From a virus: a stretch of 64,000 nt of DNA. Position numbers and translations under genes: made by a program. Numbering within the stretch: the stretch's first letter is position 1; each line of letters starts with the position of its first letter. The notes beneath the pieces were generated by a model. The model was not told the origin of the DNA. It saw only the letters and a program-made list of their open reading frames with translations, and did no database searches. The stretch is taken from IMG/VR virus record IMGVR_UViG_3300020037_007643; one strand, 5' to 3'. Below, in pieces: positions 39,576 through 47,268 of the stretch.

Positions 39576-39746
39576 ATGGAAAATAACGAAAATGTTGTAG
39601 TTGAAGAAACTGTAGAAGTTGTAGACGCACAGCCTGCAATGGAAGAAGTTACTGAAACTGTTGATTCTGTTCAAGAAGCTGTAGAGTCTATTGATTCTAT
39701 GCCTGAAGATCCACAGGATGCAGTGAAGTGTGATTCTTGTGAATAG
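39576..39746 (+). CDS. Small acidic peptide (56 aa), questionable
   Basis: Runs ATG to TAG and reads MENNENVVVEETVEVVDAQPAMEEV... It lies between tRNA-Pro and tRNA-Met. Confidence 0.3.
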   Translation: MENNENVVVEETVEVVDAQPAMEEVTETVDSVQEAVESIDSMPEDPQDAVKCDSCE

Positions 39747-39754
39747 TTAGTTTT

Positions 39755-39774
39755 TAGGTAGAGAAATCTACCTA
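39755..39774 (+). other. Perfect 8-bp hairpin with a GAAA tetraloop
   Basis: TAGGTAGA-GAAA-TCTACCTA, immediately 5' of tRNA-Met. Likely an RNA processing or structural element. Confidence 0.45.
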
Positions 39775-39777
39775 AAT

Positions 39778-39849
39778 AGCGGGCGGGGGGTCAGGGATCC
39801 CACAAGGCTCATAACTTTGAAAAATCCAGATCGTTACTGGGGCCCGCTA
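39778..39849 (+). tRNA. tRNA-Met or Ile2 (anticodon CAU)
   Basis: Acceptor AGCGGGC/GCCCGCT, anticodon stem CAAGG/CTTTG, loop CTCATAA, T-arm TCCAG-ATCGTTA-CTGGG. The T-loop is non-canonical (A54), which lowers confidence. Confidence 0.45.
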
Positions 39850-39869
39850 CTAGGTGAGTAATAAAAATT

Positions 39870-40292
39870 ATGAAAAAGAAATGTTATAAATGTAATTTAA
39901 ATTTATCAATTGATAAATTTAGTAAAAATAAATCTAAAAAAGACGGGTTAGGTTCTATGTGTAAAAAATGTTGGAATGATTATTATAAACATATTTACTA
40001 TTTGAACGGTAATGAAAAATCTAGACTTAAAATAAATAATAAAAAACGTTCAGAGTATATTCATAGAATAGTAAAAGAAGCTAAAAATAAACCATGTTTT
40101 GATTGTGGAATTATATATCCTTATTATGTTATGGATTTTGATCATATACGTGATAAAAAATTTCTAGTGTCTAATGCGGTTAATATAAAATGTTCCATAA
40201 AAATTATTTTAGAAGAGATTAAAAAATGTGAAGTTGTTTGTTCTAATTGTCACAGGATAAGAACTTTTAAAAGATCAAAAAATAGTGGGTAG
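39870..40292 (+). CDS. HNH endonuclease
   Basis: Cys-rich N-terminus, DFDHI...N and CSNCHRIR (His-Me finger with CxxC zinc ligands). Confidence 0.65.
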   Translation: MKKKCYKCNLNLSIDKFSKNKSKKDGLGSMCKKCWNDYYKHIYYLNGNEKSRLKINNKKRSEYIHRIVKEAKNKPCFDCGIIYPYYVMDFDHIRDKKFLVSNAVNIKCSIKIILEEIKKCEVVCSNCHRIRTFKRSKNSG

Positions 40293-40354
40293 TGTAATGG
40301 TAACACGATTGTCTTTGAAACAATAGATTCTAGGTCCGACCCCTAGCCCGCTAG
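40283..40354 (+). tRNA. tRNA-Gln (anticodon UUG)
   Basis: Acceptor TAGTGGG/CCCGCTA (one G-U), D-stem GTGT/ACAC with loop AATGGTA, anticodon stem ATTGT/ACAAT, loop CTTTGAA, T-arm CTAGG-TCCGACC-CCTAG, G73 and encoded CCA. The 5' end overlaps the stop codon of the HNH gene. Confidence 0.55.
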
Positions 40355-40358
40355 CCAT

Positions 40359-40437
40359 GCGTATGATGTTCAATGGTTGGACAGTAGACTGTAAATCTAT
40401 GCCTTCGGGAGAGTTTGTTCGATTCAAACCATACGCA
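40359..40437 (+). tRNA. tRNA-Tyr (anticodon GUA), class II (bacterial type)
   Basis: Acceptor GCGTATG/CATACGC, anticodon stem GTAGA/TCTAT, loop CTGTAAA, a 12-nt variable arm GCCTTCGGGAGA, and T-arm GTTTG-TTCGATT-CAAAC. Confidence 0.65.
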
Positions 40438-40464
40438 CTGTTTTATAAATATAATATGTAAAAT

Positions 40465-40752
40465 ATGCCCTGGAAAAATATAGAAACAAAAAGAAAATAT
40501 CAAAGAGAATGGTGTGCAAGAAGACGTTTTGAGTTTTTTAAAGATAAGAAATGTATTAAATGTAATTCTAAAGAAAATCTCGAACTTGATCATGTTGATC
40601 CATCAAAAAAGGTTACACATAGAATTTGGAGTTTTTCGTTAGAAAGAAGAGAATCTGAGGTTTCTAAGTGTCAGATATTATGTGTATTATGTCACAGGGA
40701 AAAATCAAAAATAGATGTTAAGAAAATAAGAGAAAGTAAATTACAAAGTTAA
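40465..40752 (+). CDS. HNH endonuclease
   Basis: CIKCNS...LELDHVDP...CVLCHREKS. Confidence 0.6.
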   Translation: MPWKNIETKRKYQREWCARRRFEFFKDKKCIKCNSKENLELDHVDPSKKVTHRIWSFSLERRESEVSKCQILCVLCHREKSKIDVKKIRESKLQS

Positions 40753-40765
40753 CCAATAAAAAATT

Positions 40766-41002
40766 ATGTCAAAAGTTACAGTATACAGTACACCAACATG
40801 TAAGTATTGTGTTGTTGCAAAAGATTTCTTAAAAGAAAACGGAGTTGAATTTGAGGAAGTTAATGTTTCAGAAGATGCAGATAAGAAAAAAGAAATGATT
40901 GAAAAAAGTGGGCAACTAGGAGTTCCTGTTATCACGATTGACGATAAAGTTATTGTTGGGTTCTCTAAAGATGAATTAACCAAAGCATTAGACTTGAAAT
41001 AG
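40766..41002 (+). CDS. nrdH: Glutaredoxin/NrdH-like redoxin
   Basis: 78 aa with VYSTPTCKYCVVAK (CxxC in a thioredoxin fold) and GVPVITIDDKVIVGF. Confidence 0.8.
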   Translation: MSKVTVYSTPTCKYCVVAKDFLKENGVEFEEVNVSEDADKKKEMIEKSGQLGVPVITIDDKVIVGFSKDELTKALDLK

Positions 41003-41165
41003 TTTTTATATCGTGGAATACTTGGGGTAAGAGGCCGTAAGGTACACACCTGGAGAAATCCGTAAACCTAACACGATACAGTGAGAAAACAAAAACAACA
41101 AAAACTCACTAGAAGTTTATCGAGCCATGAAATAGTCTTCTTTAAAAAATATTGGAATGGCAAAT

Positions 41166-41240
41166 GCCCCTGTAGACCAACTGGAAGGAGTCGCACGTCT
41201 TAGAAACGTGATAGTATGTGTTCGAATCACATCGGGGGTA
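41166..41240 (+). tRNA. tRNA with anticodon UAG (formally Leu, CUA/CUG), class I architecture
   Basis: Acceptor GCCCCTG/CGGGGGT (two G-U pairs), perfect anticodon stem CACGT/ACGTG, loop CTTAGAA, 5-nt variable loop, T-arm ATGTG-TTCGAAT-CACAT, A73. Confidence 0.5.
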
Positions 41241-41261
41241 CTAGTTTTTAAATTTAAATAT

Positions 41262-41335
41262 CCGCCCATATCCCAATCGGCAGAGGAAGTGGACTTAAAC
41301 CCCACACAGTGCTAGTTCGAATCTAGCTGGGCGGA
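41262..41335 (+). tRNA. tRNA with anticodon UAA (formally Leu, UUA/UUG), class I architecture
   Basis: Acceptor CCGCCCA/TGGGCGG, anticodon stem GTGGA/CCCAC (A-C at the loop-closing pair), loop CTTAAAC, 5-nt variable loop, T-arm GCTAG-TTCGAAT-CTAGC, A73. Confidence 0.5.
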
Positions 41336-41336
41336 C

Positions 41337-41410
41337 AATGTAGAGAAACCAAATTTGATACTCATGCGGTCAGAGCTATGAGCTGACAAGAATGGTATTG
41401 CTCTACATTA
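41337..41410 (+). other. Long hairpin with a perfect 9-bp stem between two tRNAs
   Basis: AATGTAGAG, a 55-nt interior, then CTCTACATT. The interior has an AGCT-ATG-AGCT sub-hairpin. No T-loop, so it is not a canonical tRNA. Confidence 0.4.
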
Positions 41411-41411
41411 C

Positions 41412-41486
41412 CGGTCTGTAGTCCAATTTGGTAGAGACACTCCCCTCAAAAGGGATCGAGTACTGGTTCAAATCCAGTCAGACCGA
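41412..41486 (+). tRNA. tRNA with anticodon CAA (formally Leu, UUG), class I architecture
   Basis: Acceptor CGGTCTG/CAGACCG, anticodon stem (C)TCCC/GGGA(T), loop CTCAAAA, 5-nt variable loop, T-arm ACTGG-TTCAAAT-CCAGT, A73. Confidence 0.5.
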
Positions 41487-41488
41487 CT

Positions 41489-41701
41489 ATGTACAAAAGA
41501 TTAAAACCACAAGATTTCTTTTATGTTTTTGGTTTACCAAAACAAAAGATACAAATAGTTAAAAGGAAGAAAGAAGTAAAAGTTTTTGTTGAATTAAAGT
41601 GTGATTTTTGTAAATCAACTTTTAGAGTTTCTGAATATATTGCCAGTATAGGCAGGAAGTTTTGTTCTAAGAAGTGTGCATCCCACAGAACAGAGATTTA
41701 G
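41489..41701 (+). CDS. Small zinc-ribbon protein
   Basis: CDFC...CSKKC. Confidence 0.4.
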   Translation: MYKRLKPQDFFYVFGLPKQKIQIVKRKKEVKVFVELKCDFCKSTFRVSEYIASIGRKFCSKKCASHRTEI

Positions 41702-41724
41702 GGTCTTTATGTTATAATGTTTAA

Positions 41725-42339
41725 ATGCAAATACCATTTAAACAAACCCCTAATTACTCAATAGGGAAAGAAAAAAAGATTGGGTGGGTGATTCACGGTA
41801 CGCTAGGTGCTTATAAGGGTGCTATAGAATGGTTATCTAACGGTAATCGTGAAAATCGTTCGTCAGCTCATTTTGTTATAGGAAGAAATGAAGGTGAAAT
41901 TTTTCAGCTTGTAAAAATACAGGACGTTGCATGGCACGCTGGTAATGTATCAAATCCCAACGAACGCGCTAGAAAGGTTCTACCTAAGAAATTAGATGGA
42001 AACTTTGATAATCCTAACAAATTCTTTGTTGGAGTAGAAATGGCTTGGGGGTATGATGTTAATGGCGATGGGAAAATAACCGCCATAGATAAAACACTCA
42101 CAGAATGGCAATTAAAAGCCCTCTGTGAGCTCCTACAAGCCTCACAGAGCGAAGTTCCATTAAAAGCTGATACAATACTCACTCACACAGATATAGCCTC
42201 TTATAAGGGCGATAATCTATCTGATGTTGTTCAGGATGTTATAAAAAGGATAATTCCACAAGTTAAGGAAGAAATGATCCAAGTTATGGTTCCTAAGTCT
42301 AAATTGGAAAAAGTATTAAAGTACATGAATTCAATATAG
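41725..42339 (+). CDS. N-acetylmuramoyl-L-alanine amidase (Amidase_2/PGRP-type endolysin)
   Basis: AHFVIGR..GEIFQLV...AWHAGN...VGVEM motifs resembling the T7-lysozyme/PGRP fold. Confidence 0.75.
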   Translation: MQIPFKQTPNYSIGKEKKIGWVIHGTLGAYKGAIEWLSNGNRENRSSAHFVIGRNEGEIFQLVKIQDVAWHAGNVSNPNERARKVLPKKLDGNFDNPNKFFVGVEMAWGYDVNGDGKITAIDKTLTEWQLKALCELLQASQSEVPLKADTILTHTDIASYKGDNLSDVVQDVIKRIIPQVKEEMIQVMVPKSKLEKVLKYMNSI

Positions 42340-42344
42340 TCAAG

Positions 42345-42373
42345 TTTACTTTTTCAATATACTAGAGTATAAT
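42345..42373 (+). promoter_or_regulatory. Promoter variant (TTTACT-N17-TATAAT)
   Basis: TTTACTttttcaatatactagagTATAAT. Followed by a 6-bp hairpin GGATAA...TTATCC in the leader. Confidence 0.5.
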
Positions 42374-42433
42374 GTAATCATAGGATAAGAAATTAACGTT
42401 TTATCCTCGTGGGCTAATCCACTTAAAATTGTT

Positions 42434-42619
42434 ATGAAAGACGTAAAACCGTGGTATCAAAGTAGAACTGTAGGGATTGCGATCCTGCAGGGAATTGCTG
42501 GAGTTATGGCTGCTATTTTTGCAGTAGACCCAACTATTCAAACTATCGGATTCATTGCTGTTGGAAAATCTGTTATAGATTTTATGCTAAGAGCAAGTAC
42601 TTCGAAAGAGATCGTATAG
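42434..42619 (+). CDS. Holin-like small membrane protein
   Basis: 61 aa with one or two hydrophobic segments and a charged C-terminus. It sits adjacent to the endolysin. Confidence 0.4.
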   Translation: MKDVKPWYQSRTVGIAILQGIAGVMAAIFAVDPTIQTIGFIAVGKSVIDFMLRASTSKEIV

Positions 42620-42642
42620 CCTGTCGGGGCTTCCCCGATACT

Positions 42643-43170
42643 ATGTTAAGAACATTTATATTATTTGTACTAATATCTGTAATAGGATATGGTGCAATAT
42701 CATACGCACAAACTCTCGATGTCCCCATAAAGGATGAAAACATTAAAGAGTCAATTGTGTTAGAGTTAACACCCGAACAGGTCTTGAAGGAAAAAAGAGA
42801 CAAAATGACCATTCCTCAAATTATTGAAGAAGTGGCTCCAATGTTTAATCAAGACCCTAAACTTATATCAAAAATAGCGTACTGCGAAAGCAAATTTAAA
42901 AACGTTGTTCATGATGGCGGTCATGGTAAGGGTGTAACAGGTATCCATAAAAAGACGTTTGATTTTTGGTTGGTTAAATATAAGAAGGAAAATAATGAAA
43001 GTTTAGATTACAATTCTTCTTATGATCAAATAAAAATGATGTCTTGGGCTTTTTCTAAGGGTAACTCTTATAAAAACCAATGGTCAACATATGTTTCATA
43101 TAAAAATGGTGGAACATATTCTTTCTACTCTAAGCTTCTAAAGAAAAACTTTACAGTTACATGTAAATAG
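42643..43170 (+). CDS. Secreted protein, possibly a transglycosylase-like (Rpf-like CES motif) cell-wall enzyme
   Basis: N-terminal signal peptide, then IAYCESKFKN..DGGHGKGVTGI. Confidence 0.4.
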   Translation: MLRTFILFVLISVIGYGAISYAQTLDVPIKDENIKESIVLELTPEQVLKEKRDKMTIPQIIEEVAPMFNQDPKLISKIAYCESKFKNVVHDGGHGKGVTGIHKKTFDFWLVKYKKENNESLDYNSSYDQIKMMSWAFSKGNSYKNQWSTYVSYKNGGTYSFYSKLLKKNFTVTCK

Positions 43171-43243
43171 TTTTACAAAAAGATCTCGCAACAAATAACA
43201 CATTTTATTTTATAAAGTATTTAGTGGCTACAGATCATTTTTT

Positions 43244-43272
43244 AATAACCCTTTCTTGAGGGTTATTTTTTA
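43244..43272 (+). terminator. Rho-independent terminator
   Basis: AATAACCC-tttcttga-GGGTTATT followed by TTTTTTAT. Confidence 0.6.
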
Positions 43273-43288
43273 TGGTATAATATAATAA

Positions 43289-43525
43289 ATGAAAAAGATT
43301 GTACTTTTAGCCGTAATGCTCTCTGGGAGGGTGTTGGCACAGAATTATCACTGGAGTTTCCGTGGTCACCATTATGTTGACCAACACCTTTATCGCAACT
43401 CATCAAATGTTGCGTTTAAATTTTTATTGAATTGTGAGAATAGGAGGTTTTGTTACAAGGTTGGTTATGTGTATCACCATAGACATCACGGTGAAAAGTT
43501 TGTCTCATTTGTTTATAAGTTTTAA
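43289..43525 (+). CDS. Small secreted His-rich protein
   Basis: Signal peptide MKKIVLLAVMLSGRVLA, then HHRHHGE. Confidence 0.4.
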   Translation: MKKIVLLAVMLSGRVLAQNYHWSFRGHHYVDQHLYRNSSNVAFKFLLNCENRRFCYKVGYVYHHRHHGEKFVSFVYKF

Positions 43526-43529
43526 TATA

Positions 43530-43558
43530 TTTACTTTTTTAATATACCGGAGTATAAT
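43530..43558 (+). promoter_or_regulatory. Promoter variant (TTTACT-N17-TATAAT)
   Basis: TTTACTtttttaatataccggagTATAATgtaatt. Confidence 0.5.
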
Positions 43559-43580
43559 GTAATTAATAAATAAACAGATT

Positions 43581-43814
43581 ATGAGTTTAGAAATTGAAAA
43601 TGATCCAGACAAAGAAATGGATCCAGAAACAACAAGAGTTCCGCCAATCGTGAACTCAATTCGCTCTTTAAATATTTCGTTGAGTATCTTAATTTACGAA
43701 GATCGTTTAACCAAAGAAGACCTTGAATGGTTTTCTAAAGACGAACTGTATGAAATTAAGTGTCACTCTATGAGGCCAGAAATCGCACTAGAAGCAGCCA
43801 AGCTTTGTGCCTAA
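43581..43814 (+). CDS. Hypothetical protein
   Basis: 77-aa ORF. Confidence 0.4.
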   Translation: MSLEIENDPDKEMDPETTRVPPIVNSIRSLNISLSILIYEDRLTKEDLEWFSKDELYEIKCHSMRPEIALEAAKLCA

Positions 43815-43870
43815 AGCAATCCCCTGAAAACTATTTGTTTTTGGGGGATTCACTATTTATGTAAAAGTAC

Positions 43871-43899
43871 TTGACTTTTTTAATATAGGGGAGTATAAT
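43871..43899 (+). promoter_or_regulatory. Conserved promoter copy
   Basis: TTGACTtttttaatataggggagTATAATggaagtataa. Confidence 0.7.
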
Positions 43900-43935
43900 G
43901 GAAGTATAACAATAATATTCTGTTTTCGTATATAT

Positions 43936-45105
43936 ATGAAGAAAAAAATGACATCTGATGAAATTAATAGTTTTATTAAGAAAAATAAAAACATAGGTAT
44001 TACTGCCTTGAGTAAAAAACTAGGCATGACCAGAGACGCTGTTGATCATCGTTTCCGAAGAATGGGTTTAAAAATACCACCGATATATTTAACTATCCCA
44101 ACAAAAGATCAAATAGTTGAGGATAAAAATATAATGAAAGAAAAAGAGGATAAGAAGAATTTTGATAAAAAATATAAAATCCTCTTAGAAGAGAATGAGT
44201 ATATAAAAAAAGAACTTGAGGCTTCTCTTCAATTAAAGAAATCTATTAAACCATATTCAATAAAGCACATTAAAAGCAAGTATGATTCTGAGGCTACTGC
44301 TGTTGTACTTGCATCAGATTGGCACGTTGAAGAAACCGTTGATCCACAAAAGGTTAATTTCAAGAATAAATACAATCTTGATATTGCAAAACAAAGAGCT
44401 GATGAATTTTTTCAATCCACTTTAAAGCTTATATTAAAAGAACAACAGAACGTAAAGATAAATACTCTTGTATTGGCATTGCTCGGTGACTTCATAAGTG
44501 GTAATATACACGATGAACTTCTTGAAAACTGTTCATTGAGACCAATAGATGCTTCTATCTTTGCTGAAAATCTCCTAGTGTCAGGTATTGAATTTTTACT
44601 CCAAAACTCTGATTTGAATATTGTTATCCCATGCCATGTTGGTAACCATGCAAGAATAACTCACAAAATACATTTTTCCACAGAACAAGGAAATAGTCTT
44701 GAAACAATAATTTATTATCATCTCTCTAATTATTTTAAGAACAATAAAAGAGTAACATTTTTAATCTCTGATAGTTACTACCAAATTGTTAATATTTATG
44801 ATTATAAGATACGTTTCCACCATGGACACGCAATAAAATCAGGTGGAGGAATTGGTGGTATTTACCCTCCTACATATAAAGCAATTTCTCAGTGGCAAAA
44901 AATTGAACATGCTGATCTTGATTGTTTTGGGCATCTTCACCAAACAAGAGATGGTGGAAACTTCCTCTGTAATGGTTCAATGATTGGTTGGAATGCTTTC
45001 TCTGTTATGATTAAGGGTGATTTTGAAAGGCCAAAACAAACATTCTTTTTGATTGATAAAAATAGAGGTCGAACAGTTGTTGCTCCTATTGTCTTTAAGT
45101 CTTAA
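43936..45105 (+). CDS. HTH domain plus calcineurin-like metallophosphoesterase
   Basis: N-terminal LSKKLGMTRDAVDHRFRRMGL. C-terminal DWHV, LLGDFISGNIHDE, GNHARI and HHGHA motifs. Confidence 0.55.
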   Translation: MKKKMTSDEINSFIKKNKNIGITALSKKLGMTRDAVDHRFRRMGLKIPPIYLTIPTKDQIVEDKNIMKEKEDKKNFDKKYKILLEENEYIKKELEASLQLKKSIKPYSIKHIKSKYDSEATAVVLASDWHVEETVDPQKVNFKNKYNLDIAKQRADEFFQSTLKLILKEQQNVKINTLVLALLGDFISGNIHDELLENCSLRPIDASIFAENLLVSGIEFLLQNSDLNIVIPCHVGNHARITHKIHFSTEQGNSLETIIYYHLSNYFKNNKRVTFLISDSYYQIVNIYDYKIRFHHGHAIKSGGGIGGIYPPTYKAISQWQKIEHADLDCFGHLHQTRDGGNFLCNGSMIGWNAFSVMIKGDFERPKQTFFLIDKNRGRTVVAPIVFKS

Positions 45106-45118
45106 TTGTTAAATAAAC

Positions 45119-45289
45119 ATGAAACCAAGTGATAAGATATTGAAAATATTAAAAGAAAATCCTTTTAAAGATAACTTTAATGAAACAACTCTAGTTGAAA
45201 CTGTGTATACTTCTAGACAAAATGAGAGATTACTTAATGCCTTGATTCAGTATTTAGATGAGGAGTATGAATCAATTAATACAAAATAG
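45119..45289 (+). CDS. Small hypothetical protein (56 aa)
   Basis: Hand-read ORF MKPSDKILKILKENPF... Confidence 0.3.
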   Translation: MKPSDKILKILKENPFKDNFNETTLVETVYTSRQNERLLNALIQYLDEEYESINTK

Positions 45290-45315
45290 TAAATTTATTA
45301 TTAAATACCAACAAA

Positions 45316-45471
45316 ATGAACAAAGAAAAACTTTTAAAAAGATTAGCTGAACTCCAACTCGTAGATGATACAGAGTATGTGCACATCTCAGCTGATAAAG
45401 CATTACTTGAATTTATAGGTGACAAAGAAATTACTAGTGCGTTTGAAGATCTACCTAAATGGTATGCATAA
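45316..45471 (+). CDS. Small hypothetical protein (51 aa)
   Basis: Hand-read ORF MNKEKLLKRLAELQL... Confidence 0.3.
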   Translation: MNKEKLLKRLAELQLVDDTEYVHISADKALLEFIGDKEITSAFEDLPKWYA

Positions 45472-45474
45472 GAT

Positions 45475-45654
45475 ATGAACACAAAAACTAAGGTAAAAAT
45501 TATTTCTCTTTCGAGAAACAGTTACGGTGTTTCAGTCGGAGATACTGGGTATGTGGATGGATATGTTTCAGGGTATGACGAACGTCCATATGCAGTCGTA
45601 GTTATTGATCGTAGTTTTCACTATATACCAATTGAAAATTTATTAGAACTATAA
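45475..45654 (+). CDS. Small hypothetical protein (59 aa)
   Basis: Hand-read ORF MNTKTKVKIISLSRNS...; abuts the next gene. Confidence 0.3.
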   Translation: MNTKTKVKIISLSRNSYGVSVGDTGYVDGYVSGYDERPYAVVVIDRSFHYIPIENLLEL

Positions 45655-45655
45655 T

Positions 45656-46066
45656 ATGAAGATAATATATAAAACAAAAGATAATAAAGAATTTGATAAT
45701 GAATTGGATGCAACAAGACATGAAAGGTTTTTACGACAAAAAGTAGAAATAAACACAACCCAAATGATTGTTTTTGATTTAATTAAAAGAGCCTCAATGA
45801 ATGGTTTAGATGGAGAACATATAGTTGATTATCTTATAAAAAACAAAGATAAATGGGTGGGTGTTATGCCTATTGTTGAGCATTATGCATTAAGAGATAT
45901 AGATGATGACATATTCCATATAGATGAAATAGAGATTAGGTGTCGTAATGAAGAGTCTGCAAAAAAATTTATACCCCTACTAAAAAGAAATTTACATCCA
46001 GATGAAATATCTATCGAAGATAAATCTAGGGAATTCAATAACACAATAAGACTCTGGTGGGATTAA
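45656..46066 (+). CDS. Hypothetical protein
   Basis: 136-aa ORF. Confidence 0.5.
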   Translation: MKIIYKTKDNKEFDNELDATRHERFLRQKVEINTTQMIVFDLIKRASMNGLDGEHIVDYLIKNKDKWVGVMPIVEHYALRDIDDDIFHIDEIEIRCRNEESAKKFIPLLKRNLHPDEISIEDKSREFNNTIRLWWD

Positions 46067-46085
46067 TGTTTATAGATAAATAATT

Positions 46086-46367
46086 ATGTCAAATGAAACA
46101 AAAAAAGATAAGGTGCGAGTTACAAATGATTACGGTCATTGTAATCTTTGTAATGGGGGTCGCCGTTTCCTGTGGCGATGGCACAGTTGTTGGAAGTGTG
46201 GTGTGAAAAAGTGGTTAGAGTATTCAAGATATGACTATTTTGAAGGTGTATTATGTGATGAGTGTGGTATCCCTATGTCTACTGACTATATTACAGTAAT
46301 AATAGATTTTGTGACGTTTTGGTTAGGTTTGTTCTTAGTGGGTGTTTTTTTATTTAGTAATATGTAA
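46086..46367 (+). CDS. Cys-rich protein with a C-terminal transmembrane segment; tandem paralog
   Basis: N-terminus MSNETKKDK is shared with the next gene. Contains HCNLCNGG...CWKC...CDEC. Confidence 0.45.
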   Translation: MSNETKKDKVRVTNDYGHCNLCNGGRRFLWRWHSCWKCGVKKWLEYSRYDYFEGVLCDECGIPMSTDYITVIIDFVTFWLGLFLVGVFLFSNM

Positions 46368-46372
46368 TTTAT

Positions 46373-46867
46373 ATGTCAAACGAAACAAAAAAAGAAGAAT
46401 GTTATAGTTGTGGAGGTAAAGGTACTTACTCTCAAATACATGGAATAAATGCTAGAGGAGATTTTATCGGCGATAAAGATTATTCAGAAAAACCTTCAAT
46501 ACATAATTATCCTTGCAAAGCTTGTGATGGGACAGGATTAAAGAAAATTCATAACTCTTCCCCCCACATTCCGACAGGAGAAGATTGGGAGAAAGAGTTT
46601 GATAAAAAATGTTGTGAATCTTTTGCAAAAGGCGGATTTTTAACGACTGATTTGGTTGGAGATTGGGCTTTGGATAAACAACCTATCAAACAATTCATAC
46701 AGTCCCTCCTCCTATCCCAAGAAAAACAATGGAAAGATGAAATGGCGGGGAAGATTCCAAAATATAGGTCATTTGAAGAATCTAATAGTGTTGAATATTA
46801 CCACGGGAGAAATGATTTTAGAAACGAAATGCTCTCCCTCTTATCAAATAATCAAGAAGACAAATGA
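46373..46867 (+). CDS. Cys-rich hypothetical protein (tandem paralog N-terminus)
   Basis: N-terminus MSNETKKEECYSCGGKG...CKACDGTG. Confidence 0.5.
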   Translation: MSNETKKEECYSCGGKGTYSQIHGINARGDFIGDKDYSEKPSIHNYPCKACDGTGLKKIHNSSPHIPTGEDWEKEFDKKCCESFAKGGFLTTDLVGDWALDKQPIKQFIQSLLLSQEKQWKDEMAGKIPKYRSFEESNSVEYYHGRNDFRNEMLSLLSNNQEDK

Positions 46868-46971
46868 AACAACAAGAAATCGAGATTTTAATTTACTGGT
46901 CAATTGGTATTTTAACAGGGATTTTAGCTACCCTAATGTATCAAAAGTATTTTTAATAAAACTAACCCCAC

Positions 46972-47253
46972 ATGATAGGTATGAAAATAAAACTTACAAA
47001 AGAACAGAAAAAACACATTGAATCAATCAGATGGTTATATTCAGCTCCTCGCTGTAGTGGAAGAACCACTTTATTAGCTTATGTTTTGATTGAGTGCGTA
47101 ATGGAGACTGGAGAAAAAATGAGAATTATTGATCATTATTCATCAAGACAAGCAGATATGTATCTCGCTTCAATTATTCATAATTTAATACAAGAAAATG
47201 AACTTCCATTAAAAATTGATAATAATGGACTTTATTTATCAATTGTCAACTAA
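46972..47253 (+). CDS. Hypothetical protein
   Basis: 93-aa ORF. The overlapping 46656..47021 ORF is probably spurious. Confidence 0.4.
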   Translation: MIGMKIKLTKEQKKHIESIRWLYSAPRCSGRTTLLAYVLIECVMETGEKMRIIDHYSSRQADMYLASIIHNLIQENELPLKIDNNGLYLSIVN

Positions 47254-47268
47254 CCCCACATACTCATT

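Noticed and set aside
39778-41486. Stop-codon reassignment with suppressor tRNAs (suggested by tRNAs with TAG and TAA in the anticodon loop)
   Set aside because: Read 5'-3', the anticodons are UAG and UAA, which decode the Leu codons CUA and UUA. They are not CUA or UUA suppressors. ORFs longer than 2000 aa are uninterrupted under the standard code.
43800-43860. Hairpin AATCCCC...GGGGATT after the 43581-43814 ORF as a terminator
   Set aside because: The 18-nt loop and absence of a downstream U-run make it a poor intrinsic terminator. Left unannotated.
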